A stretch of DNA of 64,000 nt. Source: Nemertoderma westbladi (Eukaryota; Animalia; Xenacoelomorpha). A program made the translations under genes and the position numbers. The notes below the pieces were generated by a model that was not told the origin of the DNA, searched no databases, and was given only the letters and a program-made list of their open reading frames with translations. Of this stretch, positions 23,205 through 36,166 are shown piece after piece. Location of the stretch: NCBI GenBank assembly GCA_032718475.1, contig JAUCBJ010008747.1, positions 1-64,000 of the forward strand. The letters are read 5' to 3'. The first letter of the stretch is position 1. The number at the start of each line of letters is the position of its first letter.

Positions 23205-23432
23205 TTATATATAGTTCAAAAAAGCAATGTCGTTTATTGTTTTGATATGTTTTTTATTAGTTATTTGCTTTGAATTCTTGAGTGTCTTCTTCTTCTTCTT
23301 TTTCTTCATCTTCTTCTTCTTCTTGATATTTTTTAAGAGTTTTGTTTGTAATGGAATAGGTTTAGTATATTTTTGTTGTTCTAATAAATTATATTGTTCT
23401 GGTGTTATGAGATACATTTTATGAAATGACAT
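23205..23432 (-). CDS. Small Lys-rich Polinton protein (possibly truncated)
   Basis: KMYLITPEQY N-terminus and poly-Lys; abuts neighbouring genes. Confidence 0.5.
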   Translation of the reverse strand: MSFHKMYLITPEQYNLLEQQKYTKPIPLQTKLLKNIKKKKKMKKKKKKKTLKNSKQITNKKHIKTINDIAFLNYI

Positions 23433-23434
23433 GG

Positions 23435-23800
23435 TTATGATGCAGCAGATGCGATAGTTGTAGCTCTAACAGCTCTAACGGCTCTAACAGCCTCTACAGC
23501 TCCAACTATTAAAGGAATAAGGAATGGAAGGAATCCCCCTTTCTGTGATAATTTCTTACGATAATCCTTAATATTTGAATGCTTCTTAAAATTTCGCATT
23601 TGACTTTTATATGGAGCTAGTTTATTAGCATCGGAAGCTTTTAATCTGAGATTTCCATATAAAACATTTAATGTGATATTGATGAGAAAACGAATTAATT
23701 CATTACTAGCTTGTGTTCTAATAAATAATCCTCGAGCACGAGGTGTGCTATTTTTCAAAAACTCCAACTCAGAACGATGCTTATGAATAATAGACTTCAT
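23435..23800 (-). CDS. Polinton structural/core protein with QKGGFLP motif
   Basis: NVLYGNL and LSQKGGFLPFLIPLI, an adenain-type GG cleavage site followed by a hydrophobic helix. Confidence 0.75.
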   Translation of the reverse strand: MKSIIHKHRSELEFLKNSTPRARGLFIRTQASNELIRFLINITLNVLYGNLRLKASDANKLAPYKSQMRNFKKHSNIKDYRKKLSQKGGFLPFLIPLIVGAVEAVRAVRAVRATTIASAAS

Positions 23801-23985
23801 GTTATTAACTTATTTGAAAAAAAAAAGAATATAAAACTTCAAAACAAACATTTATTAACTAATACGCTTATAAGTGACAAATTTGCATAAAATATATACA
23901 CAAACTAATTAATGATAGAAAGTAGCATATTATTGATATTAAAAAGTAATATACATATGATATATATTGATCAATATTATTATCA

Positions 23986-24621
23986 TTATTGTAAATAAAC
24001 ACAATGTTTATGTGTAAACAGATGCCCCCGAACAAGATAATTATCATTTGTTAACTGATCAAAATCAATGATTAACGGATGAAATGGTTCTGCAGTTGCA
24101 TCACGAAAGGCATCAATTAAGAATTTAGGGTTTGTTGGATTCATCTGATATGAAAGTACACGAATTTGTGTTTGGTCTCTAGGAATTTTAAAAATAATAA
24201 AGTATGTACTATTAATTGAACGAGTTCTTGCTTCTGCTCCTCTTTGATATAAGTTTTGTATTAATAAAATAACTACAGAATGTGTATGTCGAGCAATTTT
24301 GGTGAATAATTGTGTAGTTTGCTTTGAACTTTCTAGCTCACTCATAAGATCATCAAAAACTAATATTGTATTTCTCTGAATATTTTCATTTAAATTTTCA
24401 GGAATTGTATTTAATATAGTTATATTTATCCCTCTAATGTTAGGTTTTGTTTGACCATAGAACCATATGATATTATTAGAAGGAGTATCAAATATAGTTT
24501 TCCTATTTTGAAGCAGTTTTTCAACAAATGTTGTTTTACCACTTCCAGATGGTCCTGCTATTAATATTGTGCTTCCAAATCTAAATCGTACATCAATAGG
24601 GTTATGAGATTTGCTAGCCAT
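23986..24621 (-). CDS. FtsK/A32-like genome packaging ATPase
   Basis: Walker A GPSGSGKT, Walker B LVFDDLM, RH..S and QNL, RT..NSTY...FK.PRD. Confidence 0.93.
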   Translation of the reverse strand: MASKSHNPIDVRFRFGSTILIAGPSGSGKTTFVEKLLQNRKTIFDTPSNNIIWFYGQTKPNIRGINITILNTIPENLNENIQRNTILVFDDLMSELESSKQTTQLFTKIARHTHSVVILLIQNLYQRGAEARTRSINSTYFIIFKIPRDQTQIRVLSYQMNPTNPKFLIDAFRDATAEPFHPLIIDFDQLTNDNYLVRGHLFTHKHCVYLQ

Positions 24622-25111
24622 TATTTTATAAAATGTTTATCATTATTATTATTAAAAGTTTGATATTATCTTGCGCTTATTAAAATTTTCAAATATAAAA
24701 TCTATATGAATTTTTTAAAAATAGAATTAGGCTATATATAGGATAACAATTAGTAACTAAGCCAATATCAAATTAATATAATTACAACAAATTACTATAA
24801 TGAATGCTACTCCTTATACATAAGATTACATGAAAATATGACTTTAATTGAGATAATAATTCTCATTCAAAACTAATCAAGCATATGATAAAATTGGCTA
24901 TATATAATATAGTATATTTAAAGCTATTTCTACTTAAGAGTCAGCAAAAACCTAATTTACTATAAAGAAATGGAGACATTAATTAAGTCTATAAGATAAT
25001 CATATTTACATATTATTATTTCCTAAAGTTCATTTAATAAATAAAGTTTATATAGAATACAATAAGATTTAGCGTTTGAATAACAAAATATAAATTATGC
25101 TAATTGCATAT

Positions 25112-25662
25112 TATATATTTACAAAATAATTTATATACATTATCAAACATAGTTGGATGAGTCATAGATACTATCTTACCAGTATGAAAAATACTAAAAT
25201 ATCACGTATTTATGAAGCATCGTATACCACAAAATAGTTCAGGGTTATAATCTAAGTGAAAGCTATCATTATTTATTTTAAAATTTCCACATTTTTCAAG
25301 ACATTTTCTAAAGTTGATTTCAAGAAAGATGATGCGGGTTTCAGTATTTAGTTTTAAATTTGCTATTTTCAAACTGGTAAGGTTTGCTATATAATCAATT
25401 TGTAAAAGTATATTACTACATAGGCCAACGATTGTTATAGCACCACTCTCAAAAAACATAAAAGTTGCCTCATGATTGCGAAAAATTAACATTTTCGGTT
25501 TTGTTACCAAATGACCATCTATTTGTTTAGATAACTGTATTAAATCTAGTTTTGAAGAGCAGTATGAAGAATATTGTCGATTAACAATTTGATTTAGTTT
25601 AGAAGAAATGATTTGTTTGTCTTTCTTTAATGTTGCATTATCATTAGTTTTTAGTGTTATTC
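25112..25662 (-). pseudogene. Divergent TATA-binding-protein (TBP)-like gene, in-frame TGA at 25202
   Basis: Repeat 1: IVNRQYSSYCSSKLDLIQL..KMLIFRNHEATFMFFESGAITIVG. Repeat 2: LNTETR..DYNPELFCGIRCFINT*YFSIFHTGKIV. Compare TBP KLDL..LIFSSGK..G and YEPELFPGL..LIFVSGKVV. Confidence 0.7.
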
Positions 25663-25707
25663 TAAAAATAGAAGAATAGAATGATTATGAGTTTTCTATT
25701 ATTAGTT

Positions 25708-28700
25708 TTATGTGTTGATATTATTACTATCATTGTCATAGTTGCTGGCATGTCCATGTTGCTGCCCTAAAACCACTTGTGGAGCAATGGTTTTAGGTAT
25801 AATGGGATGAGTTAACTTTGTGATATAATGTCCATAGGGATAGCTGATATTTTTATCCTTCCACCAAAAACGTTTAGTCTCCCATAAAGTTAATGATTTC
25901 TTATGATTTCGGGCTGTCCGGTTTGTCCGATCTAAAGGCATTGGTATACCGAAACAGCTCAGTTTCATTGAAATAGCAATCCAAATAATCTTGATAAGAA
26001 ATTTGCTTTGCTACAACACTTTTTGATACACCTTTACAAGTTTTTTTCTTAGGAGCATCATATGCTTCAAATGAGTATACTTTTGGTTTTAAAAATACCC
26101 ATGATTTGTAGAGACAGCCTTTTGATTCATCCTTCACAAAACCTAATGATGCTTTATATTTATTTGTATATAGATGATGTGAGGTATCATAGTTTGAAGT
26201 ATCTAAAAACCCACCATTATACATTGCAGTTAAAAATTTATCGTGTGAAGTATTAGTGATGCTAAGCATGAGGTTATCAGTATCTCCACCACAAGCTCGA
26301 ATTTGGCATCCTAATTGATGTTCTATAGGCTTAATTTTATAGTAGAAATAATCGTACATTTCCAATTTTGAGAGATCAAGGATAGCTGTTCCAATAAATA
26401 CAGCTTGATTTAAAGTTACAGCTTCCTTGCAAAATGTATGTCCAGATAAATTTGGTAAAAATACAACAAAAGACTCATGATTGGGTTTAGCGACCAATTT
26501 TTCACATTCCTCACTTGATGTTGCTAGCCTAAAATTTATTCTATTATGCACTTTTTGCAGACATTTCCCATATAGAGCATTATTTAAAAGCTTATAGAAC
26601 AGAACTTCGAATGGATTTTTGGCAGATTGTCGCTTATTTGTATTAAAAGCTATATAGTCTCTAAATATATATTTTTGTGAAAATGAATAAATATTATGAA
26701 TTTTTGTAATTTTGAGTCCCATTTTTAGATAAAATTGTAATAGTTTAATATGAACTCCATATTCTTATTTAGGAAATTGATGAAGTAAAAGTTTGGTGGA
26801 TACATCATTGTATTTTTTGAAGGAAGCATCGTCTCTAATATTATAATGCTCCCACTGGTTTTTCATATGTGGGCTGAGAAGAGAAGAAGGTACGCTCATC
26901 TTCTCAGGACCCAATGGCATATCAATAGTGAGATCTTGAACTTTTTTTGGATAATCGAGGCTTACTACACAAAAATACCCAGTATCACCATCAGCATCGA
27001 TTGTGGCCAAGTCAATTGGTATTGTGACTTCTTTGATGTTGGCATATGGAAGCTTTTGAGATAGAGCATGACCATAAAGATTGTTTGCATCCACTGGTAT
27101 CAAATATTTTTCTGGTTTGGAAGAGTCATATTCAGGTTTTCCAGGGATATTGGCCAACACCAAATGCGAGTTTAAAAAAACCATTCCTCCATGGATAGAA
27201 CGTTCAAATTGAGAATAAATGGAAGAATCACTCAATAACTCAATTGAAATATCTGTGAATTTTAGAGCAGCATCATGTGTTAATCCTGGTGCTGTATAAT
27301 AATGGAGTGGTTCTAGACTATAGTAAGTTAGGTAGAGTTGATGAAACTCTTCGAAAACATCAGCTAGGAGAGTAATATCAAGACAGAGATAGCCCATTAG
27401 ATAGTCATAGATAGTCTGACATTGAAGTTCATCCCAAGCAGTAAGTGCACGTTGATAATCTTGAATAGAACAGTCTTCGAGTTTAAGATCATTATAAAAG
27501 TCTCCAATAGGAGGTAGTTTGGTTTCATGAAGGTTGGAAATATTTTGGATATAGCTATAGGGAAAGACACCTTTATTCTTAATAGTAGAGTCTGTAATGT
27601 TTGGATATAGTGCTTTCATTTGAGTTAGCGTATGTGGAATAGCTGTGGATAGATGGAATTGTTGGAGGTAAGATAGCTACTAAGGTTGTCTAAACTAGCA
27701 GTCATAAATTGAAATGAGTCCAAAAAATTAAGGCAGATGGAATCTTTTAATGTGGCAGATTTTGCATTTTCATCTATGGGAAATGTTGCTTGTAAATTTA
27801 TATAATTTTCAGTCGTTTGCGGTATTATATTAAAATGCCAATGTTTGCGTGCACTTGTGGTCATGCCTTCCTTTAACAGTATATGTAGGTCATATTTTCG
27901 GAGATTATGAAAAATGATGGCAAATTTATTAATTTTTATTGATAATTTACAATTACAACTGACGCAAGCAGCACCACGATACTTTCCAGTATAATGGTCA
28001 TGGTCGCAAACCTTTGTAGTTAAATTTTTAGAAATGTCTAGTCCATAAGAGTCAGGAGTAAGGATACAATTACAAGAGTAGCAGTTTGTTGCAAAATTAA
28101 AGTTTTGTTGTTCAGTCTGTGTTAAGTGCATGTGTATATTAGTATTTGTGCCAGAGATTGACCATTTATAGAGTTTCCTACAGTGAGATTCTAAAGCAGT
28201 TAATAAATCATTTATTACATGATTGGAGCCATCATCTTTGAAAGTTTGAATTGGAGTAGGTGGTGGGTTTATTAAATTGCGGTTAGGTATAGTATAAAAT
28301 GCAGCCGCGCTTGCGATGTGTTTCTGAGGAAATTTGGGGTCTGATGTAGGTTCTAGAATAGTTTCTATATCAGAGTAGATGCAGAGCAGAAAGGAGGAGA
28401 AAGTGTTTTATCGAGTCTGTTAAATTTAAGTGTTAGTTTGAGTTTAAGTGTTAGGAGTAGGCATTCGCTCCACTTGTCATTTAGCGGAATAGCAAAGGTC
28501 ACGGTGTGTTTCTAATGCATTCGATGAATAAAATGGTCGTGTGCAACGCTCACAGAAAAACAAACGGTTATGTGAGCCTGTTCTTGTGTTGAATAGGCGG
28601 CCCAAGTCTGATACCGCTGAATAATGTCTAAGAAGACTGTTTGTATTGTCAACGAAAAGTAGAGTTAATACAGTTTTATTTAAGCAATGATATTTGTCAG

Positions 28701-29820
28701 GTTGGCGTAATATTGTAACCGATTTTGTGTTTTCGTGCCAGAGGAGTAAGTTTATACAATACTTGTTATTATCCTTTTCAAATTTATCAATGCCTGTTTT
28801 TATATCTACAGGAAAGGTAAGAGATGAAAAATCGAATTCATTAAGGTAAGGTGTAAATGTTGAAACTCTGCTAATATTTTGTTTTTTCCTATCAATTTTA
28901 TGCTGGAAGGCTGTAGCTAAAACTGCATACTGAAAACATTGTGGACAGTCGACATTAATAGTACTCATTTTGCCAGCCAAATTTTTTGGTATCTTTCCGC
29001 CATTACCTTTAAAATATGCATTGCGATTACAGACAGAAATTTGAATATTAATCCTATCTATTTGTACTAACCGCCAACCAGAACCCATATGTACAAAACT
29101 AGCAACTAGCTCATCTATCCTACCAACAGCATTTTGGTACCAACGTTCAAAATCATTTTCGGATGTAATTTTGTTATTTTCCCCACTAGATTTGAAACAA
29201 AATGTTTCCATTTGCACCCCATCCCCTTGCTCCCGTTCCAAAATTAAAAATATTGAAAGCCAAATTTTTATAAAAACACCTAAATTATTCGAAAAATGTT
29301 GATTCACCCTCCCCCAAACATAAGGCCTATTTTCGTCGAGTGTTTCTTCTATATCTAGATGAGCGGTTGTTAGTTTATTACTATACTCAAATAAATTGTC
29401 GTGGGCAGATGTAGTGTTGGGAAAAACTTCTTCAAAATTATTTGGAGAAGAAGAAGAAGTAGATGGTCCAGCCCCAACTTGTCCCACTGGTGATGACACT
29501 GGTGATGTAGATGGAAACACATCTTGATGTTTTCTTTTACGTGAGATCAATTGAGTGTAGCAAGAGTGTTCTTTAAAAGAAGAGAGAGTGAATGTTTCAC
29601 CGCATTTGCAACTTGAAGGTTCGTTGACAAAGGTGAAACCAGTTCCCCCTTCTTTGCAAAGAGATTGGTGTGCGATTGCACTTTTCTTTTCGGATGTGAA
29701 GACATTGCAATTGTCACATTTATATTGTTTGAAGTGTGTTTGAAGATGATGGCTAAGATTATTGGATCTCATCTCAATTTCGCAGACAGGGCAAACGATT
29801 ATTCGGGAAGACATAGGCAT
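25708..29820 (-). pseudogene. Protein-primed family B DNA polymerase with N-terminal Zn finger and endonuclease-VII-like insert; split into five ORFs
   Basis: GSGW, CFQYAV, DHDHYTGKYRGAACVSCN, FHNL..YD, FLDSFQFM..SLD, KGVFPY, DANNLYG, KLLNNALYGK, DTD, PKVYS and KGV motifs. Confidence 0.95.
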
Positions 29821-29884
29821 TGTGAATGAAAAAGTGAACTTGAATTTTTAAATGAAATATAACTTTGCAGTGTAGTAAAGACTT

Positions 29885-30085
29885 GGTTGATAAAAATACT
29901 TGAATTGTTGTAAAGTTTTTTTTTTTTTTTTTGTAGAATAACTTTGCTGATATAACTTGATGAGAGATAAATAGTTGAATTGTTGAAAAGTTTTTTTGTA
30001 GAATAACTTTGTTGATACAACTTGATGAGAGATAAATACTTGAATTATTGTAAAGTTTTTGTAGAATAACTTGTTGAATTGTTGT
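29885..30085. repeat. Degenerate ~60-70 bp tandem repeat upstream of pPolB
   Basis: Recurring gtagaataactt..ttgatgagagataaata.ttgaatt.ttg.aaagttttt. Confidence 0.65.
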
Positions 30086-30120
30086 ATTAGTATGATAATA
30101 ATAAATTATATTAAATAATA

Positions 30121-30907
30121 AATGAAAACAATTTATAACAAAAATGTAAAGTTTACTTGAACATGAGTGATTATTCGAAAGAATGAAAAAACTTTTGCTA
30201 AAGACACTTTATATATGGTTTGTATAAGGATTTGTCCAATCGGAACCAATAGCCAATCAAAAAGTAGCCAAGAAGTATAGGTTAGCCAATTAGGAAAGGT
30301 TTCTTTACATATGGTTTAAAAATAGACTATTGGTGCTGTTATGACTGGAAAAATAATCCTTTTATAATCTTTTAAAAAATTGTCATTTTATGAAAATAAA
30401 ATTTTGAATAGTTTCAGAGATTATCTTTAGGTTGATAGCATTGCAATTAAAATATCAAAGAAAAAGCGGCATTTGCATTATTGTGTGTTGGAATTAGTGA
30501 ATCCTATTGAAATATATTGTAAATAAACAGATCAAAGTAAAAGCGGCATTTCTTTTATTATGTGTCATACCTAATTTGAAATTACTATGTATGTAATGTT
30601 TATAAAATCAGTTTTTTGAGTGATTTCATGTTATTATAATTTTCATAGGACACAGCTTCTCAAGTATGTAATTTATAAGAGCACAGCTTCGCAAAAAAAC
30701 TAGAAAAAACTAGATTTAGTATGCTCTTTACTGTAGTATAAAAATAAATTAAATATGTATGATTGTTCTGAAGTGTGAAATAAATTAAGCATAAATAAAA
30801 GATTAGTCGCGATTTGTGTATGAGATAAAGGATTAATGAGCAATATAATTGCAATTAACACTTTGAACACTAGGCTTAATTACGTAGGTGTTGTTTGGTA
30901 TAAGAAT
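30121..30907 (-). repeat. Polinton right TIR (matched part)
   Basis: Reverse complement of 15142-15937. Confidence 0.93.
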
Positions 30908-31050
30908 GGGTGTGAGTGATTAAGTATTAACATCTACAACAATAGGATTAACACCTACAACAATAGGATTAACACTCTATGTGTGAGTGATTAAGAGATT
31001 AACACCTACAACAATATAATTAACACCTGCAACAATAGGATTAACACTCT
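30908..31050. repeat. Subterminal 21-bp repeats in two ~80 bp blocks
   Basis: attaacacctacaacaatagg units, each block preceded by gtgtgagtgattaag. Confidence 0.75.
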
Positions 31051-32934
31051 AGGTGTTTTTTGGCACGAAAAAGGTGCGAGTGAGGTCTAAACTGTCGCCA
31101 TATCCTGGTCCTCCTTACTACTCACCCCATAAAGTTGGACAAGCAGGGCCTTTGAGCAATATTGGGGAGTACGAGGTTGATTGCCAATCAACCTCGTATC
31201 ATCCCCAATAAACGGGGATGACAAACCCCAAAGGGCCTCACACAATAGAGGTTAGAGGTCAAGCTACCTCAAGGAGAGAGAGTAACAGCAGCGGGGGGGG
31301 GGGGGGGGGGGGGGGGGGGAACACTCCCGCAAAGGTAAAGGCGAGAAGTAGGTTACTAGCCAATGGGGGAACAGCAGGGCATCAGCTGAGTAATATGGCC
31401 AACCTAGAGCAGTATATTACCGGTTGGTGTTTATAATTCAGTAGTTATCTCAGTCACTCAGTCATGGCAGTACGGTGACATTTTAAGACCGTCACCGCCG
31501 TCACCAACCATATACCTTAGTCAATTACCGGTCAACTGCTGAACTGTGCTATACGTGAACAGTGCTTTGAAGATTATAAACTTCATATGGATAATGCGCA
31601 AATCAGGCTTGATAAAATGAAGTCTAGATTTATACTATACCAATCTGATATTGGAATACCAGTTGACATTAGTACAAGTCACCAAGATAATCAAGCAACA
31701 AACATGTTTGTAGAATATGTTAGTGCTGCTGCTTCTCCAGTACTAACGGTAGGACTACCGGTACCTGTAAGTACTTCAACACCTGTATCCCAACCAGTAG
31801 TAGTCTCATCTGAACAGAATGTATCTGTAAGTGATACGGGATTAGGAGTTTCGCTAGTTTCGCAGTCTGTTTTTAATTCTAGCGATTTGCCATTGTCTAA
31901 GCATCCTTATTCTCATAGTACTGGTCATAGATCAAAGTAACACAATTCCAGTAAACATAATAAAAATACCAGTAGGTCTTCCTGTAATTCTCAGACTCGT
32001 ACTCATCGGCTTCTTGAACAAAAAAAACAAAAAATACATCATTATTGGTACACCACAATTTGGGCATGGTACTTTTCTTCAAAATTTGAATAAGTGCCAC
32101 TCCCTAATTTTGGTGCACCAAAAATGCCGAACCACTAGTCTTCAGGCTTCTATAATATTTTCAATCGATTCAGCGGTCCAGAAAACCTATAAAAACACAT
32201 TGAAATCAAAAGATGGGGGTATTTTACAAATATTGTATTTTTCAAAATTTGAAGTGCCACCTCCCACTTCTTAGGTGCACGAAAAATAGCATCCAGTTCA
32301 ATTTTTGGAAATGGAATATAATCACATTCGATTCAGTGTAGTGAAAAACCTACTAATGCTAGACAACAATGCCACACTATCAGTTTTTAGAATATTAAAA
32401 AAATGTATATTTTGTCCTGGGACTACCTGATTTTGTCCGATGAAATTTTCATTTTTTTGGATTTGAAAATGTTCTTCGATAATTTTTTCACCTACAACCC
32501 AAATTTCGTAGGATTTTATTGGATGATTACAGAAATACAGCGGGGGGCTGAATCGACCCCCCGCCAGTGCTGCTAATGGTCTAAACACCCCAGTGGTAAT
32601 AGGGTTAAAGACTTTGCCGAATAGCTCTTGCCCCTGGTTACCTATGTTTACCATTGTGTATATGTAACATATGTTACCAATGTGTATATGTAACATAAGT
32701 GGTATAAGGCCAGTCCACAGAAGTAATTTAATTAATTCCCGTCTACTAGCGTGTGCTTGACCTTGAACTGCGATAGGTAAAACGCGACATAGTAAGTGGG
32801 TGGCTGTAGACCTTTGGCAAAGTCTTTAACATGATAGACTATGGCAGACGCAACAACTAAAAAAGATAAATAAACATTGACTAGCGCCAGACAACAATAC
32901 CACAATTCTACACTTATTGCCAAGCAACAATATG

Positions 32935-33410
32935 GGGGCGAGCCACAAAGTGAGTGAAGCCTTAGCATATAGGTGTCATTAACGAGTTGTGGGGTGAGCC
33001 ACGAAGTGAGCGAAGCCTTAGCATATGGGTACCATTGACGAGTTGTCTACCATCGTTGTAATCGTTGTCATTGTCTGTCATTGTCATAAATTTTTGATGC
33101 TAATAACTTGGTTATTCCTTGATTTGATGAAAAAAATGGGGCGAGCCACAAAGTGGGTGAAGCCTTAGCATATGAGTGTCATTGGTGAGTTGTCTGGTAT
33201 TAATTGTTGTACTTACATTATAATCTTGGGTAGATGGCGGTGTACGAGTTTGATCGATAGTTCTTGGTGGGCATACACACATCGATTGGTTACCCCACCC
33301 GGGTATAGCGAACTATCCAGACTTCCCGGGGTACGCACCTGGCTATAGCATGCTAACCTGATGTCCTGGACTTTGCGCAACACGAAGTGAGCAAAGCCTT
33401 TAGCATGTAG
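32935..33410 (+). repeat. Cluster of ggggcgagccac(g/a)aagtg.g.gaagccttagc motifs, shared with the element start at 46451
   Basis: Copies at ~32935, 32990, 33138 and a partial at 33380. Confidence 0.7.
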
Positions 33411-35019
33411 AGGTACTATTGTTGAATTTGTCGATTATTATTGTTATTATATTAATTGTCGAAATTATTACTTACATAAATTTTCGGTAGGTGGTGGTGT
33501 ATGAGTTTTGCCAATCATCCGCGGCGGGCATACGCACATTGGTTGTCGACCAGCGATCAGTGAGACGGCGATCCCCGGGAGCACCCCATCTTTACGTAGT
33601 ACGTCCCGTACTCTATCCTCCCACGCGATTCTCTGCAGATTCATCATTATATGTCGCCCCCTTGTTAAGGGGCGACAAATGAAGGGTTCAATAACTGACA
33701 TTGGTTTGTTGGGTTTAGCTTCGGGCATTATAAAGATCACCATTGGCGTATTAGGCCTCCTAAGGGGTTAGATAGCACCCCCTTGATAGCTAGATAGCCC
33801 CACCGGAAAGTTTGGGGCACCCTACCAGGAACCGGTATTTGCTGGATGGGTTCAATGGTTTTATTTGCTTCAGCCATTATACGGAAATTTTTAAACTCGG
33901 AAACTTTTAAGTTAATATATTAATTATACGGAAATATATAGTTTAAATTTAAGCAACAATTTGTATCAATGCATTAACACAATAAATAAAACTGGTGTCA
34001 GTATCACTATTTCAGCTATTATAACTCACTTCATATTAGTATAGTAAACTATCGCCGGTTATTATAACGCAAATTCAGTAAGGCTAAAAATTATCTAATG
34101 CATCACTACGCATATTTATAAGGATTTTTTTCTTTGTGTAACCGCCAACATATGCGAATAGATTGAACACAGACCATTGATTTTCGTTAGAGCGTTTAAT
34201 TATTGTCTAATATGCGTAACATGAAAAGGGGGTAGCATATGTTCTGTTTGTTGTCGTCGTATATTTTTGATCGCTAATAACATCATTATTCCTTGATAAA
34301 ATTAACCAACAAAAGTTTATTAGAAAGAATCTATAGTTTGGTCAAAAACGAATGAACGAACGCGAAGTGACATGACACAAGGGGAGGACGAGTATTGCAT
34401 TGAAGATTTCTGACTAATGGTAGACAACTTGTTAATGGCGCCCATATGCTAAAGGCTTTGCTCACTTCGTTGCTGCATGAAGGCCCTATGAACATGTTAA
34501 GATGGCTTACAGGTTTTACCACATACAAATGCCCCACTCATGTCACTTACCACGTCCATATATTTATTAAAAATATTGTTATTACTATATACCCAAGAAG
34601 TAAATTTTATTAATATTAATATTTGTGACACACTGACAATTGAATATACCCTTAACCTAAATAAATAAATTATCTTATTAATGAAAGTGTCCACTGTATT
34701 AACAATAAATCATTGTACCACAAATTAGAGGTGAATATATTCATTGCTCCGGGATTTTTCGGCACAAATGTGGTGCTTGAATGTGGTCGAATGTGGTGCT
34801 TGAAATATTTTACGATTCCAAGTATGTAAGGTATATTATATACCAATATATATTATTATATACCAATATAGCCAATAGCATATTTTTGGTGGTGGGGCTT
34901 TACCGAAAGAGTCTAAATAATGTACAATCCTGTTAACCACACGTATGCAAGACCAGTGTTGTCCCGGAAGACCTATACGTTGATTCTTAAGGGAACCAGT
35001 ACGTGGTGGAATTCCCTTT

Positions 35020-36166
35020 GAATTACTAATGATACATTAATGATATGCCTACGTACCTTTCTGGTATTAATTCTAGGCTCTTTGCTGACGATGCCAAGTT
35101 ATTTTGTGCTTTTCGTAATATTGATAACCGTATATTACTGCAGAAAAATCTTGATATTTTTTCCAGTTGGTCTAGTGATTGGCAGTTGAATTTAGAAGAA
35201 ACAAAATGTAAAAGCCTCACCCTTGGTAATGTAGCTATGCCTTCATCATATAGAATTAATGATACGCAACTTGCAAATGTTAATTCGTATCACGATCTTG
35301 GAGTGATTGTGGAAAAGGATCTTAAATTTACAGAACATGTAATGACTATTACATCCTCTGCTTATCGGTCTATAAATAAAATATTTCGATGCTTTTTAAC
35401 TTCTAACGTTCAGGCATTATTATGTGCATATACAACGTTTGTTAGACCCATTCTAGAGTAACGCTAGCTGTGTCTGGAACCCATTTTATTCTGGCGCGCC
35501 ATTTCTCTGCCTTACTGACAAAATTGAAGCGACTCAACGTTATTTCACCCGTAGACTATTCTATTGGTGTAAGTTGGATTGTGACATGTATTATATAGAT
35601 AGGCTTTCATTTTTAAATTTGCAACCGCTGGAATTACATAGGATTCATATTGATTTGGTGTACACTTATAAAATAATGCATAATCTTTTAGACCTTGATC
35701 CTGAAAAATACTTCCAGCGATCATTTTCAATTACTCGTGGCCACTCATATAAACTTCGAGGCATTAAATGTGCTACTAACCCAATATCTAATATGTTCTT
35801 TAATCGAGTTGTAAATATCTGGAATGACCTCACCGATGATATTGTTACCAGTATTTCTGTGGAGCAATTTAAACTAAAACTTATTGAATGCGATCTCACT
35901 AAATACTGTAATTTTGATAGGAATTTGTAACTTGTTTCGTTGTAAATTTTTATTTCATTTAAATACTTTGTGCAATGTGTTGCATATTTTATATTAATTG
36001 ATATTTACTTAAGCTAGAGTATCAGTCGCCTCGTTTACCGTGTTAACCTTTTTACTCTTGTTCTGGTCGGTACATTGTGCCTTTTATTGCGATTTTTAAT
36101 GTTGTCTGTGCGCTACTCTAACTGGAGTTATCTCCAAATAATATATCTTTTCTTATCTTATCTTAT
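35020..36166 (+). mobile_element. 5'-truncated CR1/L2-group LINE fragment
   Basis: LFADDAK, DLGV, FVRPILE*ASCVWNP, TRGHSYKL and FFNRVVNIWNDL motifs. Stop at 35459-35461; (TCTTA)n tail at ~36150. Confidence 0.88.

Larger units (their letters stand above)
15142..31122 (-). mobile_element. Polinton/Maverick (endogenous DNA virus), largely complete but pseudogenised
   Basis: Long TIRs plus pPolB, ATPase, integrase, protease and capsid genes. Putative right terminus ..ttACTACT at 31122 (Polinton ends are typically 5'-AGTAGT-like). The outer part of the left TIR is missing. Confidence 0.95.
13820..32604. mobile_element. piggyBac-like non-autonomous DNA transposon shell hosting the Polinton
   Basis: TTAA (13816-13819) + CCCTATTACCACTGGGG at the left end and CCCCAGTGGTAATAGGG + TTAA (32605-32608) at the right end. 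Subterminal inverted similarity between ~14150-14480 and ~32050-32290. No transposase seen. Confidence 0.7.

Noticed and set aside
31587-31940. 117 aa ORF inside the piggyBac-like shell as a transposase remnant
   Set aside because: Low-complexity S/T/P/V sequence with no DDD/DDE or Cys-rich motif recognisable.
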